In this document: positions 35,776-46,292 of the stretch, piece after piece | How positions within the stretch are numbered: position 1 is the first letter of the stretch | How the letters are laid out: each line of letters begins with the position of its first letter | Assembly: GCA_030390025.1 (NCBI GenBank) | Contig: CM059425.1 | Span: forward strand, 176,082,001 to 176,146,000 | Length of the DNA: 64,000 nucleotides | Source: Squalus acanthias | Taxonomy: Eukaryota | Direction: 5' to 3' | The notes under the pieces: generated by a model | What the model was told of the DNA's origin: nothing | Databases searched by the model: none | Seen by the model: the letters and a program-made list of their open reading frames with translations, nothing else | Program-made: the position numbers and the translations under genes

Positions 35776-35812
35776 TACCTGAGGAAGGAGCGAACAGCTC
35801 CGAAAGCTTGTA
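35776..35812 (+). ncRNA. Minimal type I hammerhead ribozyme (PLE pLTR)
   Basis: CUGANGA core, stem II GGAGC/GCTCC, GAAA, palindromic AAGCTT, stem I TAC/GTA. Confidence 0.78.
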
Positions 35813-36049
35813 AAATTAAATAAATCTGTTGGACTATAACCTGGTGTTGTGCGACTTCTCATTTTTGTCCACCCCAGTCCAACGCCGGCATCTCCACATC
35901 ATGAACTTTAATGAATGCACCCAGTTTAGTATCAGTGATTTTACTGATCTAATCTTGGAACAGTCTCTAATGTCACACTGATGTAGTGAACACACACAGA
36001 AAGATGAGGCATCTGGGAAAGTGGACTCAGCACAATAAATTATGGATGA

Positions 36050-36135
36050 AAAGAAAAAAACAGAAAATATTGGAAATCTGAAATAAAGACAGAAAGTGCT
36101 GGAAGCATAGATCAATCGGCATCTGAAAGAGAAAT
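36050..36135 (-). mobile_element. Degraded PLE pLTR fragment
   Basis: TGGAAATCTGAAATAAAGACAGAAAGTGCTGGAA resembles 39670-39710. Confidence 0.6.
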
Positions 36136-36139
36136 AAAT

Positions 36140-36445
36140 TGGGGGGAAAATTTTAACCCAGAAAACGGGTGCGTTGGGGACGGGTGGGAAGTTAAAGTGT
36201 TAAAAATCTGAATCCCGACCAGAACCCGCCTCCAACCCGCCCACTTCCGGTTTTAACGGAGGCGGGATGGGGGCGAGCAGCCAACCTGCTCCCAGGAGGT
36301 AGGTCGCTCATTTTAATATTATAATGAGGCTGGTGTGCCTCAGATTTAACCACCATTTTAAATTAACTGTAGCTGGTCGGGTTTTGCAGGCCTCGGGAAA
36401 CCCGCCAGCTAATGGAAGGCGAGGACTGCTGGATCCAGGCGGTCA
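36140..36445. mobile_element. Harbinger-like terminal fragment
   Basis: GGGGAAAATTTT start and CCCGCC/GGCGGG subterminal motifs as in the other copies. Confidence 0.5.
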
Positions 36446-36851
36446 GTGCCTTTTGCATAACTTATTTGCATAATCACAAATGTAAAATCTTCCACGACCC
36501 AGCATAATTGGGCAGCGTAATAGAGCGTAATTTTTTTTATTTCCTTGCACTAAAAAATATTCATTGATGTATTTAAGAGTGGTAACCTGATGCAGTTTTA
36601 TTATTACAGCTGAAAATGAGTTTATCACAAAAAATAAGCGTTTTTAATAAGAGTATCTAGTCCTCCACCTGTGAGTAACCTGATTTTAAATTACTGAAAA
36701 TAACTTAAAATAACTATACTGAACCATTTACTAGTTTCATTGGTGTACACTAGTCAGTTTCTTAGTAAATTAAGTACTTTTTAATATTTAACATTTTTAA
36801 AAACATGCCAACTAGTGCCTTTGCACATAAAATAACAGCTTAATTAGTAGT

Positions 36852-37445
36852 AAGGTTTAGATTAGTTATGGAGAAGGACAAGCAGCAATCTAGAATAAAA
36901 ATACTTAACTGGAGGAGGGCTAATTTAAGCAAATTGAGGAGGGACCAGACCCGGGTAAAAGCCGGTGAGCGGCCTGTGCAGGACCTCCAGATCACTTTGC
37001 ATACACACAGCTCAGCGAGAACATTGGTTGTTATCCTTAGAGCAGAGAAGGCTAAGAGGAGGTTTGATAGTGGTGTTTAAAATCATTAAGGGCTTAGATA
37101 GAGTAAATAAAGAGAAACTGTTTCCAATTGTTGAAGGGTCGATAACAAGAGGGCACAGATTTAAGGTGATTGGCAACAGAACCAGAGGCGACATGAGGAA
37201 AAACTTTTTTATGCAATGAGTGATTAGAATTTGGAATGCACTGACTGATAGGGTGGTGGTACAGATTCAATAGCAGCCTTCAAAAGGGAATTGGATAAAT
37301 AATTGAATGAGAAAAAATTGCAGGGGTATGGGGCAAGAGCGGGGTAGTGGGACTAACTGGATTGCTCTTCAAAAGAGCCAGTGCAGACTCGATGGGCCAA
37401 ATGGCCTCCTTCTGTGCTGTACTATTCTATGATTCTATGATTCTG
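36852..37445 (+). mobile_element. CR1 fragments including a 3' end
   Basis: LNWRRAN; SLEQRRLRG...RGHRFK; (ATTCTATG)n tail. Confidence 0.85.
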
Positions 37446-39745
37446 ATGCTTAATCTAAAAGCATTTTTTGGGGACAATAATTTATGGAATTAATCTTCTT
37501 TGAAAGTCATTTTAACGAAGTTCTGTTGAGATGGCATGTTCAACATGCAATGACATGGATTACCATTGACCTGATCTCCAGAGTTTAGTTGTTACTGGAA
37601 TATCTTCCTCAGAAAAATGTACCAAAAGAAATTCAAGAACAGAAATTATTTAGTTAACTTCCATTGTGCTACATTTTATTTTCAGTGCTCAAATAAATCA
37701 AACCACATGTAAACACATTTGTACTTCTTGCTAATAACTCGACGACAAATTACACAGAACCTTCTACACTTAACTAGATTTAACCACACACAAAACCTAA
37801 TCTATGTAACAAGCAACAAATATGTTTTGACTCTGCAGGAAGAGAACTACATAAATGGCGGTGAGGGAAGGGTTGAGTTGACCCACTTCAAGTGAAGTTT
37901 AGGAAATAAGACACTTTACAATGAATGCACTATACACCGCCATCTTTGTTACATTGTACTTTCCAAAATATTACCATAACAACCACATTGTTAAAGAAAT
38001 GAGAATTTTCAACAAATTCAGGAAAAGCTTTCACACTTCATAAATGATACCAGAAAATGCACTTCCATTAATATTATAAAAAGTACTGACAACATCAACA
38101 TATGTGGCCAGGTGACTAGGAGCTTGACAACATTTGATTGTAACTGAAAATAGGCAATAATAAAAAGAACTGTGAAATAAAGGTAGGGAAAATACACTCT
38201 GGCACAGTAAATCTGAGTAACATATACGCAATGAAGGGTTTCAGTTAGCAAAGATGGAAAAGGATTATTGACCATCCACTGAAAGTCATTGGTCCATACG
38301 AACAGGACTAACCAAATTGTGGGTTGCACATCAGGTATTTTTACCCCAATATCCTTCTATTATGTCTGCTCTTGAAAGTGCTGTTTTTTGTTACAGGACA
38401 GTTATGTAAGGATTACCAGCCCTCTGTTACTTTACCCAAGTGGGTATTCTTCATGTGTGAGTATAGATAGAGAGTAAAGGCAGGTTGTTTATCCATGGAG
38501 GGATCAAATCCAACTTGTGGAGGTGAAAGGACAGTGGTGAAATCTATAATTCCACCAAATCCCCCACACTCTCAGCTATTTAACTGATGTTACCTTAGCA
38601 CATTACATCCTTCTACACTGAAATACTAAGGCTGCAATTTTGCCGGTTCTCAGAGGGCGGGTTTGGAGGTGGATTGGGAGTAAAAATCCAAATGATTGAC
38701 GGCGGGTTGCTAACCCACCGCCATCCTGTCTCCACACAACTTTACAAAGTATCGGGTCTGCGAGTCTCGATCAGACCCGACACCAAACAGCGAGATAGGC
38801 ACTTAAGGCAGTTAACAGCTTGTTAACTGCCTCGATAATCCCTTTTTAACTGGCTCTTCCCATTTAAAGAAATTTTCAGTGGGTGTTGCCCTTCGTGCGA
38901 CAAACATGGCAGCTGATTGTGCCGGGTTCAGCAAGTAGCTGAATTGTTGACAGCTGCTCCTGCAGCATAAAAGCGGACCTGCAACATGGCTGACTTTCAG
39001 ATGGCAGAACTTTGTGTTTTGAGGTTTTGGAACACATTTTGCAGGTCTATTGAGCTTGTGAGTGTTTAAGCTGAGATCCATATGCAGTGTGACCTCCTTG
39101 GATTACCCTCTGGCCACATTGCATGAGCGCTTATAAACATCTCTTCCTCAATTGAGATATATACCAGCGGGATGGGAACCATTTATACCCTCTCATCCTG
39201 GTCCCCAGAATCGGAGGAAGAGTAGCCGCGGCAGCAGCAGAACCGGGCACAACAGCAGCAGCAACAACAGGAGCGCCAACCTGATGCTGCACAGGGCAGA
39301 GGGCGTCAGCACAGGGCTGCACCGCGCCACAGGAGATACCCCCAACACAGAGTTTACAGGCCGAGGTTGGGCTTCCTCAGCATGAGTGAGAAGCAGTGCC
39401 AAAGGAGGCTGAGACTTTCGCGAGAGGTAGTCGCTGACATCTGCGCAATGCTGCACCAACACCTGGCGCCCTGAGGAGCGTGTGGACACCCCTTACCAGT
39501 GGCTGTTAAAGTCACCACCACACTCAACTTCTTTGCTTTAGGGTCCTTCCAGGGATCATCAGCAGACATCAGCGGCATCTCCCAGTCGGCTGCACACACT
39601 TGTAGGTTACCGATGCCCTCTTTGCAAAGACGCACAATTACATCCATACGATAGCAAAATACTGCGGATGCTGGAAATCCGAAATAACAACAGAAAACGC
39701 TGGAAAAACTCAGCAGGCCAGGCAACATCCGTGAGAGAGAAAGAG

Positions 39746-39781
39746 AGTTAACGTTTCAGGTCGAAACCCTTCGTCGGAACT
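39746..39781 (-). ncRNA. Minimal hammerhead-like motif (core CCGACGA)
   Basis: AGTT-CCGACGA-AGGGT-TTCG-ACCT-GAAAC-GTT-AACT. Confidence 0.65.
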
Positions 39782-40052
39782 GAGAGAGCAAGAAATAAAC
39801 AGATAAAAATGCAAGGGGGAGGCTGGGGGGAGGAATAAAAGAACAAAAGGGATGGTCTTTAGTGAGTAGAGACATTGAGAGATGCTCAAGGCAAGACGAG
39901 ATGGTAATGGGACAGGTTGAGAAACAAAAGGTAAGGTGTGAAATGCTGGCAGAATCAGAGACAGCTGCCGTGGGGGGAGAGAGAGAAAAAAAGGAAAAAG
40001 GCACGGACCAAAAGAGTGGATAAAATGTATACATATGTGGTAGGGGCCGGGG

Positions 40053-42803
40053 TTATGATCTGAAATTGTTGAACTCGATATTGAGTCCGGAAGGCTGTAA
40101 AGTGCCTAAACGGAAGATGAGGTGCTGTTCCTGGAGCTTACGCTGCGCTTCCGTGGAACAATGCAAGAGGCCGAGGACGGTGAGGTCTGAGTGAGCGTGG
40201 AGGGGTGAATTAAAATGACAAGCGACCGGAAGCTCGGGGTCACCCTTCCGGACTGAACGGAGGTGTTCCGCAAAGCGGTCACCCAATCTGCGTTTGGTCT
40301 CCCCAATGTAGAGGAGACCACATCGTGAGCAGCGAATACAGTATACTAGATTGCAAGAAGTACAAGTAAATCGCTGTTTCACCTGGAAGGGGTGTTTGGG
40401 GCCCTGGAGAGTGGGAAGGGGGGATGTATAAGGGCAGGTGTTGCATCTCCCGCGCTTGCACGGGAAGGTGCCGGGTGAAGGGGAAGGGGTGCTGGGGGTG
40501 ATAGAGAAGTGGACTAGGGTGTCTCGGAGGGAGCGGTCCCTACGGAATGCTGAAAGGGGAGGTGAGGGGAAGATACGTTTGGTGGTGGGATCACGTTGGA
40601 GGTGGCGGAAATGGCGGAGGATGATCCGTTGAATGTGGATGCTGGTGGGGTGAAAGGTGAGGACAAGGGGAACTCTATCGTGGTTCGGGGAGGGAGGGGC
40701 CGGGGTGAGGGCTGAAGTGCGGGAGATGGAACGGACACGGTCGAGGGCCGTGTTTACCACGGTAGAGGGGAGTCCTCGGTTGAGGAAAAAGGAAGACATG
40801 TCGGAAGCACTGGTATGGAAGGTGGCATCGTCGGAGCAGATGCGGCGGAGGCGGAGAAACTGGGAGAAGGGAATAGAGTCCTTACAGGAGGTGGGGTGGG
40901 AGGAAGTGTAGTCCAGGTAGCTGTGGGAGTCAGTGGGCTTGTAGTAAATGTTGGTCAATAACCTATCCCCAGAGATGGAGACGGAGAAGTCGAGGAAGGG
41001 GAGGGAAGAGTCGGAGATGGACCATGTGAAGGTGAGGGAAGGGTGGAAATTGGAGGCAAAGTGAATGAAATTGTCTAGTTCAGGGCGAGAGCAGGAAACG
41101 GCACCGATACAGTCGTCAATGTACCGGAAAAAGAGGTGAGGGAGGGGACCCGAGTAGGACTGGAACAAAGAGTGTTCCACATATCCCACGAAAAGGCAGG
41201 CATAACTAGGACCCATGCGGGTACCCATAGCAACACCTTTGATTTGGAGGAAATGAGTGGAGTCAAAGGAGAAGTTGTTCAATGTGAGAACAAGTTCAGC
41301 CAGGCGGAGGAGGGTGGCGGTGGATGGGGACTGGTCGGGCCTCTGTTCAAGGAAGAAGCGGAACGCCCTCAGGCCATCCTGGTGGGGGATGGAGGTGTAG
41401 AGGGATTGTACGTCCATGGTGAAAAGGAGGCGGTTGGGGCCAGGAAACTGGAAACTGTTAAAGTGGCGGAGGGCGTCAGAGGAATCGCGGATGTAGGTGG
41501 GAAGGGACTGGACAAGGGGAGAAAAAATAGAATCGAGATAGGAAGAGATAAGTTCCGTGGGGCAAGAGCAGGCTGAAACGATGGGTCTACCAGGGCAGTC
41601 CTGTTTGTGGATCTTGGGAAGGAGGTAGAAGCGGGCTGTGCGGGGTTGGGGAACTATGAGGTTGGCGGCCGCGGGGGGAAGATCTCCAGAGGAGATGAGG
41701 TCAGTGACAGTCTTGGACACAGTGGCTTGATGTTCTGTAGTGGGGTCATGGTCCAGGTGGAGGTAGGAGGAGGTGTCGGAGAGTTGGCGTTCAACTTCCG
41801 CTAGGTAGAGGTCGGTTCGCCAAACAACAACAGCACCACCCTTGTCAGCAGGTTTAATGACAATGTCGGGGTTGGATCTGAGAGAATGGAGTGCTGCAAG
41901 TTCAGAGGGAGGTAGGTTGGAGTGAGAGAGGGGAGCAGAGAAATTGAGCTGGCCGATGTCACGGCGGCAGTTAGCAATGAAAAGATCTAGAGAGGGTAAG
42001 AGGCCAGAGGGAGGGGTCCAGGTGGAACGAGAATTCTGAAAGCGGGAGAAAGGGTCAGCCGTGCGGGGGGAAGACTCCTGGCCAGAGAAGTGGGCACGGA
42101 GACGGAGGCGGCGGAAAAAGAGCTCAGCATCGTGCCGAGCTCGAAATTCATTGAGATGGGGGCGTAAGGGGATGAAGCTCAGGCCTTTGCTGAGGACTGA
42201 TCGTTCGGAGTCAGAGAGGGGAAGGTCAGAGGGGATAGTGAAAACGCGGCAGGGGGTGAGATTGGGAGAAGGGGGGTCAGAGGAAAGTGAAGGGGAAGAA
42301 GGTTCCGGAGGGGCGTTAGTGTCCAAGAGTTGTTGAAGCTTGCGATCCTTGACATCGGAAAGGAAGAAGAAAAGTTTTTTGTTGAAGCGTCGGATGAGTC
42401 TAAGGATGAAATGGAACTGTGGACCCGGACAGCTTTGAGATAGAGTGCGTCGGTGCTGCTGAAGAGAGATGTCGAGAGTGTTCATGTGGCGACGCATGGC
42501 GTTGAGCGTGGATCTCAAGATGCGGCGAGAGCAGTAGTTCGAGGAACGATGAATATCTTGGAGATATTTGTAATCCTGGGTTGATCCGAAACACGAAGGG
42601 TGGAAGTTTAGTAGGAATCCACGTGGGATAAGTCGGAACCGGAGACAGTTGCTGAGGAAAGTAATGTGGCTGTGAAACCGAGTCTTGGCAGATACCTGAT
42701 CAAACACGAGAAGGGAAACTGAAAGCAATGACGATGAACAAGGTTGAAGAGCCAAACGGAAATCCCGTCGAAGAGAAGAGCAGAACTTCTTCAAGGTAGG
42801 CAT
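40053..42803 (-). CDS. PLE RT + GIY-YIG protein, apparently intact (916 aa from MPTLKK)
   Basis: LSKGLSFIP, KPADKGG, LPKIHK, GVAMG, RYIDD, CKRGRCNTC, LVYCIRC...LYIGET. Confidence 0.92.
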   Translation of the reverse strand: MPTLKKFCSSLRRDFRLALQPCSSSLLSVSLLVFDQVSAKTRFHSHITFLSNCLRFRLIPRGFLLNFHPSCFGSTQDYKYLQDIHRSSNYCSRRILRSTLNAMRRHMNTLDISLQQHRRTLSQSCPGPQFHFILRLIRRFNKKLFFFLSDVKDRKLQQLLDTNAPPEPSSPSLSSDPPSPNLTPCRVFTIPSDLPLSDSERSVLSKGLSFIPLRPHLNEFRARHDAELFFRRLRLRAHFSGQESSPRTADPFSRFQNSRSTWTPPSGLLPSLDLFIANCRRDIGQLNFSAPLSHSNLPPSELAALHSLRSNPDIVIKPADKGGAVVVWRTDLYLAEVERQLSDTSSYLHLDHDPTTEHQATVSKTVTDLISSGDLPPAAANLIVPQPRTARFYLLPKIHKQDCPGRPIVSACSCPTELISSYLDSIFSPLVQSLPTYIRDSSDALRHFNSFQFPGPNRLLFTMDVQSLYTSIPHQDGLRAFRFFLEQRPDQSPSTATLLRLAELVLTLNNFSFDSTHFLQIKGVAMGTRMGPSYACLFVGYVEHSLFQSYSGPLPHLFFRYIDDCIGAVSCSRPELDNFIHFASNFHPSLTFTWSISDSSLPFLDFSVSISGDRLLTNIYYKPTDSHSYLDYTSSHPTSCKDSIPFSQFLRLRRICSDDATFHTSASDMSSFFLNRGLPSTVVNTALDRVRSISRTSALTPAPPSPNHDRVPLVLTFHPTSIHIQRIILRHFRHLQRDPTTKRIFPSPPLSAFRRDRSLRDTLVHFSITPSTPSPSPGTFPCKRGRCNTCPYTSPLPTLQGPKHPFQVKQRFTCTSCNLVYCIRCSRCGLLYIGETKRRLGDRFAEHLRSVRKGDPELPVACHFNSPLHAHSDLTVLGLLHCSTEAQRKLQEQHLIFRLGTLQPSGLNIEFNNFRS

Positions 42804-42938
42804 TCCTAGAAGAGAGGTGGCAGTGAACCAAACACTAATACGATAGCAAAATACTGCGGATGCTGGAAATCCAAAATAACAACAGAAAACGCTGGAAAAA
42901 CTCAGCAGGCCAGGCAACATCCGTGGAGAGAGAAAGAG

Positions 42939-42974
42939 AGTTAACGTTTCAGGTCGAAACCCTTCGTCGGAACT
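42939..42974 (-). ncRNA. Minimal hammerhead-like motif (second pLTR copy)
   Basis: Identical to 39746-39781. Confidence 0.65.
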
Positions 42975-43699
42975 GAGAGAGCAAGAAATAAACAGATAAA
43001 AATGCAAGGGGGAGGCTGGGGGGAGGAATAAAAGAACAAAAGGGATGGTCTTTAGTGAGTAGAGACATTGAGAGATGCTCAAGGCAAGACGAGATGGTAA
43101 TGGGACAGGTTGAGAAACAAAAGGTAAGGTGTGAAATGCTGGCAGAATCAGAGACAGCTGCCGTGGGGGGAGAGAGAGAAAAAAAGGAAAAAGGCACGGA
43201 CCAAAAGAGTGGATAAAATGTGTACATATGTGGTAGGGGCCGGGGTTATGATCTGAAATTGTTGAACTCGATATTGAGTCCGGAAGGCTGTAAAGTGCCT
43301 AAACGGAAGATGAGGTGCTGTTCCTGGAGCTTACGCTGCGCTTCCGTGGAACAATGCAAGAGGCCGAGGACGGTGAGGTCTGAGTGAGCGTGGAGGGGTG
43401 AATTAAAATGACAAGCGACCGGAAGCTCGGGGTCACCCTTCCGGACTGAACGGAGGTGTTCCGCAAAGCGGTCACCCAATCTGCGTTTGGTCTCCCCAAT
43501 GTAGAGGAGACCACCTCGTGAGCAGCGAATACAGTATACTAGATTGCAAGAAGTACAAGTAAATCGCTGTTTCACCCTGCACCCTTGGGAAGCCTGCCAT
43601 ATCTCCACGGATGAAGCAAGTGTAACTGCTTTGTAAATATGGCAGGCTTCCCAAGGGTGCAGGGCGTCATTGACTGCACACATGTGGCCATTAGGGCAA

Positions 43700-44838
43700 A
43701 ACAGAGCTAGGAGCGTCCTGCAACCTCCGACGAGAACTCTCCACTGTTGTCACTGTCTCCACCATCTGCTGATGCTCACTTGTGAGCTGTGATACAACAG
43801 GTGACAACACTATATGTTGCAAAGGACCCACCAAGATGTGCGTTTCTGCGCTGGTGCTGGGTGCGCTGAGTCCTGGTGACGCTGCTCCCTCAGAGGCTGC
43901 AGGTTCCTCTGAGGAGTCGTCTGGCTCCTCCTCCTGGACAGTGGGGAGGGGGGCGCTCGATGGTCCTGTGGGGGAGTAAAGGCATGAGTTAGACATGTGA
44001 TATTTAGGTAGCAGACACATCCTATTATGCAGATGATCAGAAATCAATCTGTATGAACATTAGATGCCATATCAGTCACTCATGAAATCGAAATGAGAGG
44101 GTTGCAAATTTATTCTGTCACTAGCTTGCTCTACTGCGCCTGTCTCTCCATCCCCCACTTCCAGCTCCTCTGCACCTCAGCGTTTGTTAAAGTCGCCAGG
44201 GATGGTGTGCCTCCTCCTATCCTCCCTATCTCCCTCTTATTGTGGGCTCTCTTTTCCTGCAAGGAGGGACACAAGTGGAGTTTCAGCGAGATTGATGGAG
44301 TGAGTGTAAAGATTCATAACATAGAAGCTTAGAGGGAGACAAAGATGGAGTGAGGTGCCAATACCAAGGTGCCTCCCTGTGCGTTGTTAGTTATTGTCAT
44401 TGCATAACAGTGAGAGCGAGTGTGAGGAGTGCATAGTAGAATGGTGAAGTGATTCTGTACATAGAGAGAGAGGGATAGGGAAGGATGCAAGGGAAGTAAG
44501 GGTAAGTTGGGATGTGGAAGAGTAGGTTGACAATGCAGAATGCTGGTGATGAGAAGAGATGGGAAGCAGATTGAAGGCAAGTGTGATGTGATACTCACTT
44601 TTGCTGAGCGTAGCAGATCATTGAAGCGTTTTCGGCACTGCACCCAGGTGCGTGAGCACAAGGACCTTATGCTTACCTCCTCAGCAATCCCCAGCCAGGC
44701 TGCCTTTGTCTGTTAAGGAGGCTTCCTCCGGCCGTCGGGAAGGAACAGAACATCCCTGCGCAATCTTACTCCCTCCACAAGAGCATGGAGGGAGTCATCA
44801 TCAAATTGAGGAGCAGCCTTAGATCTTGCAGCAGTCAT
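43700..44838 (-). pseudogene. Harbinger Myb/SANT gene, copy B (exons 44838-44599, 44256-44122, partial exon 3)
   Basis: MTAARSKAAPQFDDDSL...RTWVQCRKRFNDLLRSAK|GTGAGT; in-frame stop; deletion in exon 2. Confidence 0.85.
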
Positions 44839-46292
44839 GTTCAAAAGACCCATTTTCAGGAGCAGCATAAAGCAAATGAAATCCAAAGGCTACATGGGCC
44901 CCTTAAAAACTCCTGAATGGAAGATGTCAGCAGAGGTGAGCAGCACACCCGAACCCACTGATTGGGCCGGGTAGCGCGCACGGCGGGCTTAATAAGCCCA
45001 GTTAATTTAAAATGGTGGTTTCAGAGCGGCTCAAGCCGGCAGCGGGACCGGAAGCCGCCGACCAGTCAACCTGACTCCAGCCCAACTCCAGCCCGCCTCC
45101 GCTGGGAAAATCGCGGCCTAAGCTGCATCAAATGAACTGGGCAGAACTTCTTTTCTTTTGCTGCAGCTCCAATCTAATAGCACCACTTAAGAATTGGCTG
45201 ATTTTTCATCCAAGAATTGCTTAGCTCCAGTTTTCACTGAGGACTGTGTTTGAGTCCAAACAGATGACACCAGACTTTAACTGCTGACAAATAGATGACT
45301 CTTAAGTTTCAGTCAAGAAAAGATGGCTGACCCTAAGGGCTCGATTTTAATAGCCCTGAGGAGGCGGATTTGGAGGCGGGTTGACAGCGAAAATCGGAAA
45401 AAATGGCTTCAGACTGCTTCCATCCCGCCCCCACGCGATTTTCCTGAGTGTCGGGTCAGTCGCTCCCAAACTGACCTGACTGGAACCGGTGGGATAGGTA
45501 GTTAAGGCAGCTAAGAGCCTGTTAACTGCCTTGCTAATCCTATTTTGATAGTGGTTTCCCATTTTCGTGCTTCTGGCTCCTGTTTCCCGTCTTGTCAGAA
45601 ACAGGCCACCTGGAAAGAGACGAGTTGCTGGAGGACATGATTTGTAGTAATTGGTGCAGCACTTTAAAAGCGCTCCTGTAACATGGCTGACATTCAAATG
45701 CAACAACCTTGTTGTTGAAGGTTTGGGATAAGATTTTGCAAATCTACTGACCTTGTGACTGTTCAAGCTGACAGCCATCTGCAGTGTGACCTGATTGGAA
45801 TAATTTCAGGCCACTTCGACTGTGCGCTTGCAAACTTCTTGCCTCAAATGAAATCTATAGCAAGGGGATGGGAAACATTTATGTCCTCTCATCCTGGTCG
45901 TCATAATTGGAGGAGCAGCAGCCACGTGGCTCAGCGCAGATCTTCCTCAGAAGAAGAGGAGGAGGATGAGGAAGAAGAGGAAGAAGAAGAGGAGGATGAG
46001 GAGGAGGACGACGAGGCGTGCCTTGCGGGCCCTGTTGTGACCAATGCAGCATCCCTCCAGTTCACTGCTGCCCATCAAGCAGGGGATGCACTCTGCCATG
46101 CCACATTCGCATAAGCTTACAATTCAACCATAGGTGGCTACCATATGGCTCTCTAATTGTAGGCGACCTTCCTCCAACGTCATACATGATCTCTGCTATA
46201 ACCGGTTCTTTCCTATCACTTTCACCATCATCATTACAAATGCAAGTCGCCCTGAGCCCTCCATGCGCATTTGCCATTTCCCAGAACACATA

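Larger units (their letters stand above)
32266..35903. mobile_element. Neptune-type Penelope-like element with inverted arrangement
   Basis: 32264-33425 is the reverse complement of 34702-35865; about 40-nt unpaired tail; TSD AACTTGAATGAA (32254-32265) vs AACTTTAATGAA (35904-35915). Confidence 0.93.
39646..43576 (-). mobile_element. Neptune-type Penelope-like element, partial-tandem arrangement
   Basis: About 740-bp direct repeats (39646-40383 and 42838-43576) with only a few differences by eye, flanking an intact ORF. Confidence 0.94.
39172..43698 (+). pseudogene. Harbinger DDE nuclease (HARBI1-like) 5' half
   Basis: MGTIYTLSSW...[18 protein letters not shown]; resumes after the PLE with [17 protein letters not shown]. 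Confidence 0.85.
38630..45118 (+). mobile_element. PIF/Harbinger (copy B), internally deleted, with a PLE insertion
   Basis: TSD TAA at 38627-38629 and 45119-45121; TIRs GGCTGCAATTTT / AAAATCGCGGCC. Confidence 0.88.

Noticed and set aside
37852..37947. ATGGCGGTG/CACCGCCAT inverted pair with a YY1-like motif
   Set aside because: Only 9 bp with no supporting context.
42804..43082. 93-aa hydrophobic N-terminal extension of the PLE protein
   Set aside because: It lies in the upstream pLTR and the listed start is not ATG; translation from MPTLKK at 42803 is more parsimonious.
43246..43683. Harbinger-GIY-YIG fusion ORF (145 aa)
   Set aside because: Chance read-through from antisense target sequence across the PLE junction.
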